Shown piece by piece: positions 16,308 to 24,783 of a DNA stretch of 64,000 nt. The stretch spans positions 5,354 through 69,353 of the forward strand of contig MFEF01000002.1 in NCBI GenBank assembly GCA_001777515.1, in the 5' to 3' direction. Position 1 is the stretch's first letter; every line of letters starts with the position of its first letter. The position numbers and the translations under genes were made by a program. Source of the DNA: Candidatus Doudnabacteria bacterium RIFCSPHIGHO2_01_48_18 (GTDB taxonomy: Bacteria; Patescibacteriota; Doudnabacteria; UBA920; 2-01-FULL-46-14). A model generated the notes under the pieces. The model made no database searches, was not told the origin of the DNA, and saw only the letters and a program-made list of their open reading frames with translations.

Positions 16308-16407
16308 ATCCAGCACCTTCCAGAATACCCCGCAGCTTGCTGCGGGGATGAATGGCTCAATATAGCCTTCCTGCGGGGTGCAATACCCCGACAGGAAGGT
16401 GCTGGAT
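16308..16407. repeat. 100-bp nested-palindrome MITE/REP-like element, copy A
   Basis: 14-bp terminal inverted repeats ATCCAGCACCTTCC / GGAAGGTGCTGGAT. Internal palindromes CCCCGCAGCttgCTGCGGGG and CCTTCCTGCGGGG...CCCCGACAGGAAGG. Copy A is the exact reverse complement (100/100) of 26931..27030. Confidence 0.85.
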
Positions 16408-16448
16408 TTATTTCAGCGTAACCCCGCTTGATTTAAAGCAAATAAAAA

Positions 16449-16484
16449 ACGGGGGTGTCTAGAGACCTAGACTCCCCGTTTCTG
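16449..16484. terminator. imperfect hairpin flanked by A-run and T-run (bidirectional terminator-like)
   Basis: aaaaaaCGGGGGTGTCTAG agac CTAGACTCCCCGtttctg. Confidence 0.4.
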
Positions 16485-16534
16485 TATTATCAGTCTATTC
16501 TATAATTTTGGTTTCGTCGGCGTGTATAGGAATA

Positions 16535-16582
16535 AAAAAGAAGCTATAAAAAGCTTCTTTTTGGTTTTTTGTACAAAAAACC
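16535..16582. terminator. two consecutive AT-rich perfect hairpins
   Basis: AAAAAGAAGCT ataaaa AGCTTCTTTTT (16535-16562), then GGTTTTTT gtac AAAAAACC (16563-16582). Confidence 0.4.
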
Positions 16583-16585
16583 AAT

Positions 16586-16614
16586 TTGACTTGGCCGACT
16601 CAATTTAGTAGAAT
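16586..16614 (+). promoter_or_regulatory. consensus sigma70-type promoter
   Basis: TTGACT (16586-16591), 17-nt spacer, TAGAAT (16609-16614). A strong SD AAAGGAGGG lies downstream, 4 nt before ATG 16645. Confidence 0.6.
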
Positions 16615-16644
16615 TATTGTTCTAACAAAATGAAAGGAGGGCTG

Positions 16645-17769
16645 ATGGACACGGATATTATCCGTTTGTATGTCATCAACACCGGCGGAACGCTAGGTAT
16701 GGTTCCGCAAGATCCGAATGATCCTGAAAGCCCGCTTCGCCCCGCAAAAACGGGCAAGGAGCTGTTCAGGTACATCAGAAGACCGCAGGGAGTGAATCTC
16801 AAAATCACTCTCGAAGAGTTTGGTCTTCGTGACTCGAACGACTATCAGCACCGTGATGTCGTTGAGTTATGCAAAATGATTGCGCAGGCATTCAAGGATG
16901 GTTCGCACGCCGTTATGGTTATCTACGGCAGCGATGCTCTTGAGGAGGCCTGCGCGGACGTGGAAATGACTTTTCAGAACAGTCTGCCGGGACCGGTATT
17001 CTTCGAGGCTTCAAAAGACCCGATAGTGAAACCGGGAACGGATGCGATCACAAATCTCGAGAGTGCGCTCGTTGCCATCGTCGATTTTGTGACTAGAGGT
17101 TTCGTCGGCGTGTACAATGCTTGCGATCACAAGGTCTGGGACGGGCGAAGGATTTGCAAAGTTAACTCTGGGTACAATATGTTTGATACACCGGGAATGC
17201 CGAAGATTGCTGACGTGGGTTCAGGCGTCGATCTAATGGGAAACCCGAGGCTCAAAGTTGATACAGCAACGCTGGAGACAATGACGATTGACTGCGTATA
17301 CGAGTCGGACGTCATGACGTTGAAGGTTTCAGCCAACACTCCGCCCTGGGCGCTCACGAATCTGGTTCAGGGCAAACCTAAACCGAAAGGGGTCATTCTG
17401 ATCGGGAAGGGACAGGGAAACATTTCCGGCAGAAAGTGGATCGACAAGGATGTCGGTTCGTGGATCGATGCGGTGCGGTTAGCGACAGATCAAGGCGTTC
17501 ATGTAGGAGTCATTTCGCCGTTTCAAGATGGCAAGCAAAACGCTCTCCTGTACGATCTAGGAAAAAAAGCGCGCAACGCCGGTGCGATCGACCTCAACCG
17601 AAACACTTATCCGATGGCTGAAATCAAATTTCGAAAAGCCATCGCCAAGTGTCAGACGTTGCCTTTCGCGGATCAGCGAAAATTCATTCAGGAGTACGTA
17701 TCGTCCGACCATGTCGGCGAGATTCCAGAAGGAGAGAAATACAAAGCGCCATATCCGGTAGCAATTTAA
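16645..17769 (+). CDS. L-asparaginase/glutaminase-family protein
   Basis: VINTGGTLGM (TGGTIAG-type threonine motif) and VIYGSDALEEA (hGTDTM-like). Start at ATG 16645 is preferred over 16630 because of the SD spacing. Confidence 0.5.
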   Translation: MDTDIIRLYVINTGGTLGMVPQDPNDPESPLRPAKTGKELFRYIRRPQGVNLKITLEEFGLRDSNDYQHRDVVELCKMIAQAFKDGSHAVMVIYGSDALEEACADVEMTFQNSLPGPVFFEASKDPIVKPGTDAITNLESALVAIVDFVTRGFVGVYNACDHKVWDGRRICKVNSGYNMFDTPGMPKIADVGSGVDLMGNPRLKVDTATLETMTIDCVYESDVMTLKVSANTPPWALTNLVQGKPKPKGVILIGKGQGNISGRKWIDKDVGSWIDAVRLATDQGVHVGVISPFQDGKQNALLYDLGKKARNAGAIDLNRNTYPMAEIKFRKAIAKCQTLPFADQRKFIQEYVSSDHVGEIPEGEKYKAPYPVAI

Positions 17770-17771
17770 TT

Positions 17772-17800
17772 AGGACCAACCACCCCAAGGTTGGTCCTAA
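17772..17800 (+). terminator. hairpin terminator after the asparaginase-like gene
   Basis: AGGACCAACC (17772-17781) / GGTTGGTCCT (17789-17798), 7-nt loop, followed by AATTTGTTG. TATAAT lies at 17808-17813. Confidence 0.5.
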
Positions 17801-17819
17801 TTTGTTGTATAATCAAACT

Positions 17820-18368
17820 ATGCCGGAAATAATTGTTGCTCTTATCAGATTGCTAGTCCCGCTTTATATCGTGAGGCGGCCGTTTTGGGGTATGATGGCC
17901 GCGGTCGTGGTTGATGGTTTCGAGATGGAGTTTTTGCGCGGTCTGGGAGCAATATTCAACCATAGTTCTGCCATAAACATTGAGGTATATCAGCTGCGGG
18001 ACAAGATTTTGGATTTGTACATGTCGTCAATCGCTCTTTACAAAACCTATGGCTGGCAGGAAATGCTGGCGCGCAGGGCAGCGGTTTTTTTGTTTGTGTG
18101 GCGCTTCATAGGCGTGATTTTGTTTGAACTCTCGCAAGCGCGCTGGCTACTCGTCTTGTTTCCTAATATTTTTGAGTTTTTCTTTTTGTTTGTTGCTTAT
18201 AAATTGCAGTATTATCCAGGGTTTCGATTTGGTACTACAAAGCGTCTGGCGCAGAGTATTTTGATTTTAGCGGTGCCAAAAATCACCCAGGAATATCTGC
18301 TGCATGTCCGAGGGGCAGTGGATTGGGCGTATTTTAAATACAACATAATCGGATGGCCAAAACTATGA
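17820..18368 (+). CDS. hypothetical integral membrane protein
   Basis: ATG at 17820 lies 6 nt after TATAAT (leaderless-like). There are 4-5 hydrophobic segments. The longer ORF-track start (17649) overlaps the upstream gene and the terminator. Confidence 0.45.
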   Translation: MPEIIVALIRLLVPLYIVRRPFWGMMAAVVVDGFEMEFLRGLGAIFNHSSAINIEVYQLRDKILDLYMSSIALYKTYGWQEMLARRAAVFLFVWRFIGVILFELSQARWLLVLFPNIFEFFFLFVAYKLQYYPGFRFGTTKRLAQSILILAVPKITQEYLLHVRGAVDWAYFKYNIIGWPKL

Positions 18369-20110
18369 GTATAAAAAATTCCGAAATGGCGAAAATTCTG
18401 CGCGAGATTGGCGGCTACTACGAAATGAAAAACGAGCCATTTAAACCCAGGGCGTACGAGCGCGCGGCAGATTCGCTTGACGCGCTCGATGAGCAAGCAG
18501 GGCAGATTTACAAAGAAGCCGGTTTTAAAGGACTGCGAACCATTCCTGGGATAGGGCAGGGAATCGCTGAGCATATTGAAGAGCTTTTGAAGAGCGGTCG
18601 TCTCAAGAAATATGACAGCCTCAAAAAACAGATGCCAGTCAACCTCGCGGAGCTGACCTCAATCTCAGGTCTCGGAGCAAAGACCGCAGGCGAGCTCTAT
18701 AAAAAGTTGAAAATCAAAAATCTCAAAGATCTGAAAAGAGCAGTCGCGAGTCATCGCTTGCAAAAGATCAAAGGCTTTGGAAAAAAGACAGAAGAAAATA
18801 TTGTCAAAGCTCTAGAGTCAAAAGGTACCGCTACGCAGCGCTATTTGCTCGGCTACATATATCCGATTATAGAAAGGCTTAGAGTCAAACTGGAAAGTTC
18901 TGGTCAGTTTGAAAAATTAATCGTTGGCGGATCGTACCGCCGGAAGCAGGAAACAGTGGGTGATATTGACGTCCTTGCTATCGCCAAAAACCCGAAACAA
19001 GCCATGGACTATTTCGTAAACCTGCCGGAAGCAGGACAGGTCGTGGCGCACGGGGTAACCAAATCCGCGATCAGGCTGAACAATGGCATTCAGGTTGATC
19101 TCCTGGTAGTACCGCCAAAGTCCTGGGGCGCAGCCATGATTTATTTCACTGGAGACCTTGCGCACAATATCAAAATGCGCAAAATTGCGATTGATAAAGG
19201 TTGGAAGCTATCCGGAACAGGGCTCTACAAAGGAAAGAAACTCATTGCTGGCATATCAGAAGAAGAGGTTTACAAAAAACTCGGCTTAAAACAGGTTCCT
19301 CCGCCAGAAATACGCACCGACTCCGGAGAGATAGAGGCCGCCCTTCGGCAAGCTCAGGGCAAACCAGGTGGTTTACCTAAACTAATAGAATATGATGAAG
19401 TGAGGGGTGATTTGCAGGTTCAGACTAGTTGGACAGACGGCAAGGCAAGCATTGAAGACATGGCCATGGCCGCTATGGCGCTGGGCAGAGAGTATATTGC
19501 CATAACTGACCACACCAAGACTCTTTACATGACCGGTGGTCTAGATGAGAAAAAGATCCTCCAGCAGGGAAAAGAAATCGAGAGAGTAAATAAAAAGCTG
19601 AGGGGTAAGATTCGAATTTTGAAGGGGGCAGAAGTAAACATTCTCAAAGACGGAACGCTTGACATCGCGGACAGTACGCTTGCAAAGCTCGACGTAGTTG
19701 GCGCATCCATTCATTCGCATTTCAAGCTCTCCAGAGAAGACCAGACAAAGCGGATTATCCGCGCGCTTTCCAATCCCAACGTGGATATTTTTTTCCACCC
19801 TACAACTCGTATTATCCAGCGCCGCGATCCGATTGATTTTGATTTTGAGGAAGTGTTAAAAGCTGCGAAGAAATACCGGGCCGCTCTCGAGATCAACTCT
19901 TATCCGGACCGCCTCGATCTTCATGACAAAATGATCAGGCAGACAGTAGAGGCTGGCGTAAAGCTGGTTATCAATACTGACGCGCACGCTCCAAAACATT
20001 TGGAGTTTATCCAATACGGGATTGCGCAAGCGCGCCGCGGCTGGGCTACGAAAAAAGATATTTTGAATACTATGACCGCGGAGGAGCTGCTGCAATACTT
20101 GACTAAATAG
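18353..20110 (+). CDS. family X DNA polymerase with C-terminal PHP phosphoesterase domain (PolX)
   Basis: N-terminal HhH region (ILREIGGYYEMKNEPFKPRAYERAA), Pol-beta nucleotidyltransferase motif GGSYRRKQETVGDIDVL, and a C-terminal PHP domain of about 230 aa. Confidence 0.8.
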   Translation: MAKTMSIKNSEMAKILREIGGYYEMKNEPFKPRAYERAADSLDALDEQAGQIYKEAGFKGLRTIPGIGQGIAEHIEELLKSGRLKKYDSLKKQMPVNLAELTSISGLGAKTAGELYKKLKIKNLKDLKRAVASHRLQKIKGFGKKTEENIVKALESKGTATQRYLLGYIYPIIERLRVKLESSGQFEKLIVGGSYRRKQETVGDIDVLAIAKNPKQAMDYFVNLPEAGQVVAHGVTKSAIRLNNGIQVDLLVVPPKSWGAAMIYFTGDLAHNIKMRKIAIDKGWKLSGTGLYKGKKLIAGISEEEVYKKLGLKQVPPPEIRTDSGEIEAALRQAQGKPGGLPKLIEYDEVRGDLQVQTSWTDGKASIEDMAMAAMALGREYIAITDHTKTLYMTGGLDEKKILQQGKEIERVNKKLRGKIRILKGAEVNILKDGTLDIADSTLAKLDVVGASIHSHFKLSREDQTKRIIRALSNPNVDIFFHPTTRIIQRRDPIDFDFEEVLKAAKKYRAALEINSYPDRLDLHDKMIRQTVEAGVKLVINTDAHAPKHLEFIQYGIAQARRGWATKKDILNTMTAEELLQYLTK

Positions 20111-20547
20111 CCTGGTCGCGGTTTTTGCAAACAAGGGATCCTTGTCAACAAAGCAGATTCGCGGATGCGCTGATGGTCGACCTCATAGGCCATCCGGATC
20201 AAGCTCGTGCGGTGATAGATGTCACCCGGTATTACATGGTGAAAGAAGAAGCTCGCCAGAAATGCTTTCAGCCAATAGCGAAAAATTAAAAGAAAATCCC
20301 CGGTTTGCCGCTAGGCTCACCGGGGATTGTTGTAATCTGGACTAGATCCAGATTACTGCTGTTGTTTCTATCATAGAAACTTTTCCTCCATCTTGGATTA
20401 ATCTCGACGCTGCCAGATAAAAACAGGAGGAAACAAACCTGGAAACGTCGGACAACAATCATAAACTATTTTGACGATTCTGTAAACCCAGCACCACTGG
20501 CTTCTTGTGGTGCCGGGCAAAGCCTGATATTATGAAAGAAATAAAGT

Positions 20548-21276
20548 ATGTCGAAACAAACACAAAAAGAAACAATACATGGAAGGATTCCGGCCTACGG
20601 CCAGGGTTCGGGCACTGACTGGGATTATAGCGCGGAACCATTTGACTATCAGCACAATCCATCGTGGCGCATTTTTCGCATTATGGCGGAATTTGTGGAC
20701 GGCTTTAATTTCATAACAAAATTTTCCAAGAGTGTTACTTTTTTCGGTTCCGCAAGGTCCGGTGACCAAGATGATCATTATCGGAGCGCGCAAAAATTGG
20801 CGCGGATGTGCGCGAAAGCTGGCTTCGCGGTTATTACCGGCGGCGGTCCAGGCATCATGGAGGCGGCCAACAAAGGCGCGCTCGAGGGCAAAGGCGAATC
20901 CGTGGGCCTGAATATCCAGCTGCCGTTTGAGCAGCGGGTTAACTCATTTGTGAGAAAATCTATCGCTTTTAACTATTTTTTTACGAGAAAAGTTATGCTC
21001 GCGTTTTCTGCTTCCGCGTTTGTTTTTTTTCCAGGTGGATTTGGGACGCTTGACGAGGTTTTTGAACTATTGACGCTCAGGCAGACGCACAAAATCAATC
21101 CTCGGATTCCGATCATCCTTGTGGGAGCTGATTTCTGGGGTCCGCTTGAAAGCTGGCTAAAAAATAATGCCGCTGGCATGCACGGCACAATAGATTCGGA
21201 TGAACTGAAACTGTTTCGCGTTGTCGATTCTCCGGAAGACGCGTTTGAAATCATCCGCAAAACAAAACTACGATAG
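20548..21276 (+). CDS. LOG-family protein (TIGR00730-type, cytokinin riboside 5'-monophosphate phosphoribohydrolase-like)
   Basis: VTFFGSARSGDQDDHYRSAQKLA ... AVITGGGPGIMEAANKGA ... FPGGFGTLDEVFELLTLRQT (PGGxGTxxE motif). Confidence 0.8.
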   Translation: MSKQTQKETIHGRIPAYGQGSGTDWDYSAEPFDYQHNPSWRIFRIMAEFVDGFNFITKFSKSVTFFGSARSGDQDDHYRSAQKLARMCAKAGFAVITGGGPGIMEAANKGALEGKGESVGLNIQLPFEQRVNSFVRKSIAFNYFFTRKVMLAFSASAFVFFPGGFGTLDEVFELLTLRQTHKINPRIPIILVGADFWGPLESWLKNNAAGMHGTIDSDELKLFRVVDSPEDAFEIIRKTKLR

Positions 21277-21299
21277 TCTGTCGCTGCGCTGGAGTCTGT

Positions 21300-22250
21300 C
21301 TACGACAACCAGCGTTTTTTGTAAATAAAGGCTATCATTAAAACTGCCATTATAAATAATGCGCCGTTTATGTATCCGAGGATATGAGGGTCGTTCTGCC
21401 ATGGCAGGGGAATGTTCATGCCGTAATAGTTCAAGAGCAGCTGCAAGGGGAAAGGGATCACGGAAAATACCGCAAGGAGCTTTAACAAGCGGTTTGTGCT
21501 CCTCGTGATCAAGGATTCGTTGGCGTCCTCGAGTACGTCAACGTACGATTTTGCCGTATCGAGCTGGGATACTATTTTATCCTGTTTGTCGACGAGGTCG
21601 TCAAAATAAATGCGTAGTTCTTCAGGCACGAATTTTTGATGCTTACCGCCAAGATCCACGAACACTTGTCGCTGCGGCGACAAAATGCGCCGCAAATTGA
21701 TTATGTTTCGTTTAAGGATCATAATCTCTTGAATCATGTCCTTCAGCTCAGGGTTTTCAAAAATCTCCTCTTCCAGTTGAAAAATGAGATCGTTTTTTTG
21801 GTTGATAATCGGGAACACATAATCCATATGAGAATCGAGTATTTCCCAAAGAAGCATTCCCACTCCCCCGCGCATAAATTTTTGTCTGGCCACTTCGTCA
21901 ATACGGCAGGTTTCAAAAAAATTCTGCAGCGCGGTCAACTGGCCGCCGTTGATGGTGATGAGATAGTCGTGGCCAAAAAAGATATTGAGTTCCGAGCGTT
22001 TGTAAATTCGCCTGGCGGTTTCATAAACGGGAAACTGCAAAATAATGAAAAGGTAGTTTTGGTAAGCGTCGATCTTGGGGTAACTAACCTTAGACAAAAC
22101 ATCCTCCAGGTCCAAGGGGTGATATTTAAAATTTTCACCTAAATACTGGACCATTTCCTGGTCTGGGTCAGTGATATTTATCCAGCGGTAGCCGTTGTAA
22201 GAAATTTCTTGAAGCTTCATCGTCGCAACCGGGATTACCTGCGCATCCAC
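21300..22250 (-). CDS. corA: CorA-family magnesium/cobalt transporter
   Basis: C-terminal two TM helices with the canonical YGMN motif (NYYGMNIPLPWQ) and a basic tail KKRWLS. Confidence 0.8.
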   Translation of the reverse strand: MDAQVIPVATMKLQEISYNGYRWINITDPDQEMVQYLGENFKYHPLDLEDVLSKVSYPKIDAYQNYLFIILQFPVYETARRIYKRSELNIFFGHDYLITINGGQLTALQNFFETCRIDEVARQKFMRGGVGMLLWEILDSHMDYVFPIINQKNDLIFQLEEEIFENPELKDMIQEIMILKRNIINLRRILSPQRQVFVDLGGKHQKFVPEELRIYFDDLVDKQDKIVSQLDTAKSYVDVLEDANESLITRSTNRLLKLLAVFSVIPFPLQLLLNYYGMNIPLPWQNDPHILGYINGALFIMAVLMIAFIYKKRWLS

Positions 22251-22347
22251 TTATAGTGGCTGCTCCGATATCCATATTGCTCCTCTTTCCAAAAACGCGT
22301 GCTCGTCGCTGCCGCTCCCGCGCTACTCGTTTTTGGAACTATTAAAT

Positions 22348-22665
22348 TCATATTTGTTTCTGGAGGCGTTTGACGATTTCGGCTTTGGGAACAGCGCCTA
22401 CAATTTCATCCGCAATCTGGCCGTTTTTAAAAATTTTCATATTGGGAATGCCACGGACATGGTATTGCATGGCGATCTCAGGGAAATCATCAACGTTTAG
22501 CTTCGCGATTTTGATTTTATCTTTGTACTCCTCTGAAATTTCGGCGAGCGCCGGAGCTATGAGTTTGCACGGAACGCACCATTCAGCCCAAAAATCCACC
22601 AATACCGGGGTGGGCGAGTTCAGAACCTCTTGAGAAAAGTTGTTTTTGTTCAGTGTTGTCTCCAT
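22348..22665 (-). CDS. trxA: thioredoxin
   Basis: VLVDFWAEWCVPCKLIAPAL (WCxPC active site), 105 aa. Confidence 0.85.
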   Translation of the reverse strand: METTLNKNNFSQEVLNSPTPVLVDFWAEWCVPCKLIAPALAEISEEYKDKIKIAKLNVDDFPEIAMQYHVRGIPNMKIFKNGQIADEIVGAVPKAEIVKRLQKQI

Positions 22666-22759
22666 TCGACCCGTTACCTCGCTTAACGCCAGCTACTCGC
22701 TTGTGATCTTCTATGATCTTCCGTACCGTTTTCGCGGTGCTTTAATCATCAAATCCATT

Positions 22760-23779
22760 ATGCATCGTCGCACTTTTTTTTTGATTTGTCAATTTCGCCA
22801 TAAACAGGTATTCTTAAGGCAGATTAAGCAGATTTTCGTGAAGGAAACAAAAAATTACTTTTTAATTTTGCTGATGATTGCCGCGTTTGCGGTTTTTAAT
22901 CCTTCGCCCGAGATCCCGGAAGGAAAGGTGGCTGGACAAATTGTTAGTGGAACTGAAAAATTTGCCGATTTTCCAGTAGTTCCTGATACACGGGTTATCT
23001 CGATTCCGGTGAATGCCAAGCCGGCTAAAGCTCCCGGTGTTTCCGCAAAAGCGGTGCTTATCAAAGATATTGAATCAGGCGTTGCTGTGTATGAAAAAAA
23101 TTCGGCTGAAAAACTGCCTATCGCGAGCCTGACAAAGCTGATGACGGCCCTGATTGTCGTAGAGAATGCCTCGCTCGACGATGAGGTGGAAATCAAAGCT
23201 TCTGACCTGCAAACGGCTCCGTATCGAATAAATTTTGCGGTCGGGGACAGGGTTGCAATCAAGGATCTGTTAACCGCCATGCTTGTGCCTTCGGCCAATG
23301 ACGCGGCATTGGCGCTTGCTAGGCACACTTTTGGCAGCAAAGAGGATTTTGTTAAAGCCATGAACAATAAAGCCCGGGGCTTGGGTATGGTTTCCACATC
23401 TTTTGCCAATCCGGTGGGTTTTGACAGTGCGTCTCATTATTCCACAGCCGCGGACATGTCACTCCTTGCGGAAGAGTTCATAAAACATACTGAGCTGCTT
23501 GATATCGTAAAACTAAAATCAGCTGACATCGCGTCGCTTTCTTCCTCAAGAAAACAGCGCGTGTACACAACTAATAAACTCTTGCTGGAACGAGATGACG
23601 TAGTGGGACTGAAAACTGGATACACCGTGGAAGCCAAAGGTAGCCTGATCACCTTAGTTGACAACGGTAATCCGGAGTCTCCGCTCAGATATTATTCCAT
23701 AATGCTGGGAAGCGACGATAGGGAAATGGAAACAAGAATGTTAATGAAATGGATTGAGGACAATTTCATATGGAGATGA
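22760..23779 (+). CDS. D-alanyl-D-alanine carboxypeptidase (peptidase S11, DacA-like) with N-terminal membrane anchor
   Basis: SxxK motif in AKAVLIKDIESGVAVYEKNSAEKLPIASLTKLMTALIV, plus SxN-like and KTG motifs (GLKTGYT). The start is uncertain: the ORF-track start 22640 overlaps trxA on the other strand, and the first ATG inside the unique region (22760) was chosen. Confidence 0.65.
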   Translation: MHRRTFFLICQFRHKQVFLRQIKQIFVKETKNYFLILLMIAAFAVFNPSPEIPEGKVAGQIVSGTEKFADFPVVPDTRVISIPVNAKPAKAPGVSAKAVLIKDIESGVAVYEKNSAEKLPIASLTKLMTALIVVENASLDDEVEIKASDLQTAPYRINFAVGDRVAIKDLLTAMLVPSANDAALALARHTFGSKEDFVKAMNNKARGLGMVSTSFANPVGFDSASHYSTAADMSLLAEEFIKHTELLDIVKLKSADIASLSSSRKQRVYTTNKLLLERDDVVGLKTGYTVEAKGSLITLVDNGNPESPLRYYSIMLGSDDREMETRMLMKWIEDNFIWR

Positions 23780-24783
23780 TGGGACAAAATTTGGCGGAGA
23801 TTTTCAAGCTAACGGCATTGTCGTTTATTTTGGCTATATTGTGGACGCCAGTTCTGACACACTACCTGTATAAGCATAAGCTGGTTAAGCAAATAAGGCA
23901 GCAGACCTGGGATGGGCAGCCTGCCAAGATTTTTCGCGAGATGCACGGTAAGAAGTGCGGCACTCCGACCATGGGCGGTTTGCTTATCTGGCTGACTGCG
24001 GCCGGCGTAACCTTATTTTTCAATCTATCTCGCGAGCAAACCTGGCTGCCACTATTCACGCTTGTTTCTGCTGGGATTTTGGGCATGATCGACGACATGC
24101 TGAATATACGCGGTTTTGTGAAAGGCCTTTCCGCCAAACTCAAATTTTTGTTTCAGTTTTTGATCGCGGGCCTCGGCGCATGGTGGTTTTACTATAAGCT
24201 GGAGTTTTCCGAGATTGGCATTCCGGGCGGGGCCAACATTGGCCTTCCCGAAACTCTCGATATTGGTTGGTTGTATATTCCGCTTTTTATCCTTACTGTT
24301 GTTTTTTTGACTAACGCCGTAAACATCACGGACGGACTCGACGGTCTGGCGGGGGGGACACTTGCGGCCAGCTTTGCGGCCGTCATGGGAATCGCGCTGG
24401 TACAAGGGCAGGTCGGCATCGCGGCTTTCGCCGGAACGATCGTTGGCGCTTTGCTTGCGTTTCTATGGTTCAATATTTATCCGGCCCGTTTTTTTATGGG
24501 GGATACCGGAGCCTTTGCCCTCGGCGCGACCCTGGCTGTCCTCGCGTTTTTAACAAATACTGTATTGCTTCTGCCCATCATTGGTTTTATTTTCGTCGTG
24601 GAGGCTTTTTCGACCCTCTTGCAATGGTTTTCAAAAAGGTATCTATCGCGCAAATTTTTGAAGATAGCGCCGCTGCATCATCATTTTGAAGCCCTGGGCT
24701 GGCCGGAAACCAAAGTCACTATGCGATTTTGGGTTATTTCCGCGGTTATGGCCACAATCGGAATGGTTATCGCATTTCTATGA
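23770..24783 (+). CDS. mraY: phospho-N-acetylmuramoyl-pentapeptide transferase
   Basis: TNAVNITDGLDGLAGG, the MraY/WecA signature. About 10 TM segments. 337 aa. Confidence 0.85.
   Translation: MEMMGQNLAEIFKLTALSFILAILWTPVLTHYLYKHKLVKQIRQQTWDGQPAKIFREMHGKKCGTPTMGGLLIWLTAAGVTLFFNLSREQTWLPLFTLVSAGILGMIDDMLNIRGFVKGLSAKLKFLFQFLIAGLGAWWFYYKLEFSEIGIPGGANIGLPETLDIGWLYIPLFILTVVFLTNAVNITDGLDGLAGGTLAASFAAVMGIALVQGQVGIAAFAGTIVGALLAFLWFNIYPARFFMGDTGAFALGATLAVLAFLTNTVLLLPIIGFIFVVEAFSTLLQWFSKRYLSRKFLKIAPLHHHFEALGWPETKVTMRFWVISAVMATIGMVIAFL

Noticed and set aside
17649-17819. Long 5' extension of the membrane-protein ORF (track start 17649)
   Set aside because: It overlaps the 3' end of the asparaginase-like gene and runs through a terminator hairpin and a -10 box. 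ATG 17820 is the plausible start.
22640-22759. 5' extension of the DacA-like ORF back to 22640
   Set aside because: It would overlap trxA (minus strand) by 26 nt and encodes a Phe-rich low-complexity peptide. A later start is more plausible, though the exact start remains uncertain.
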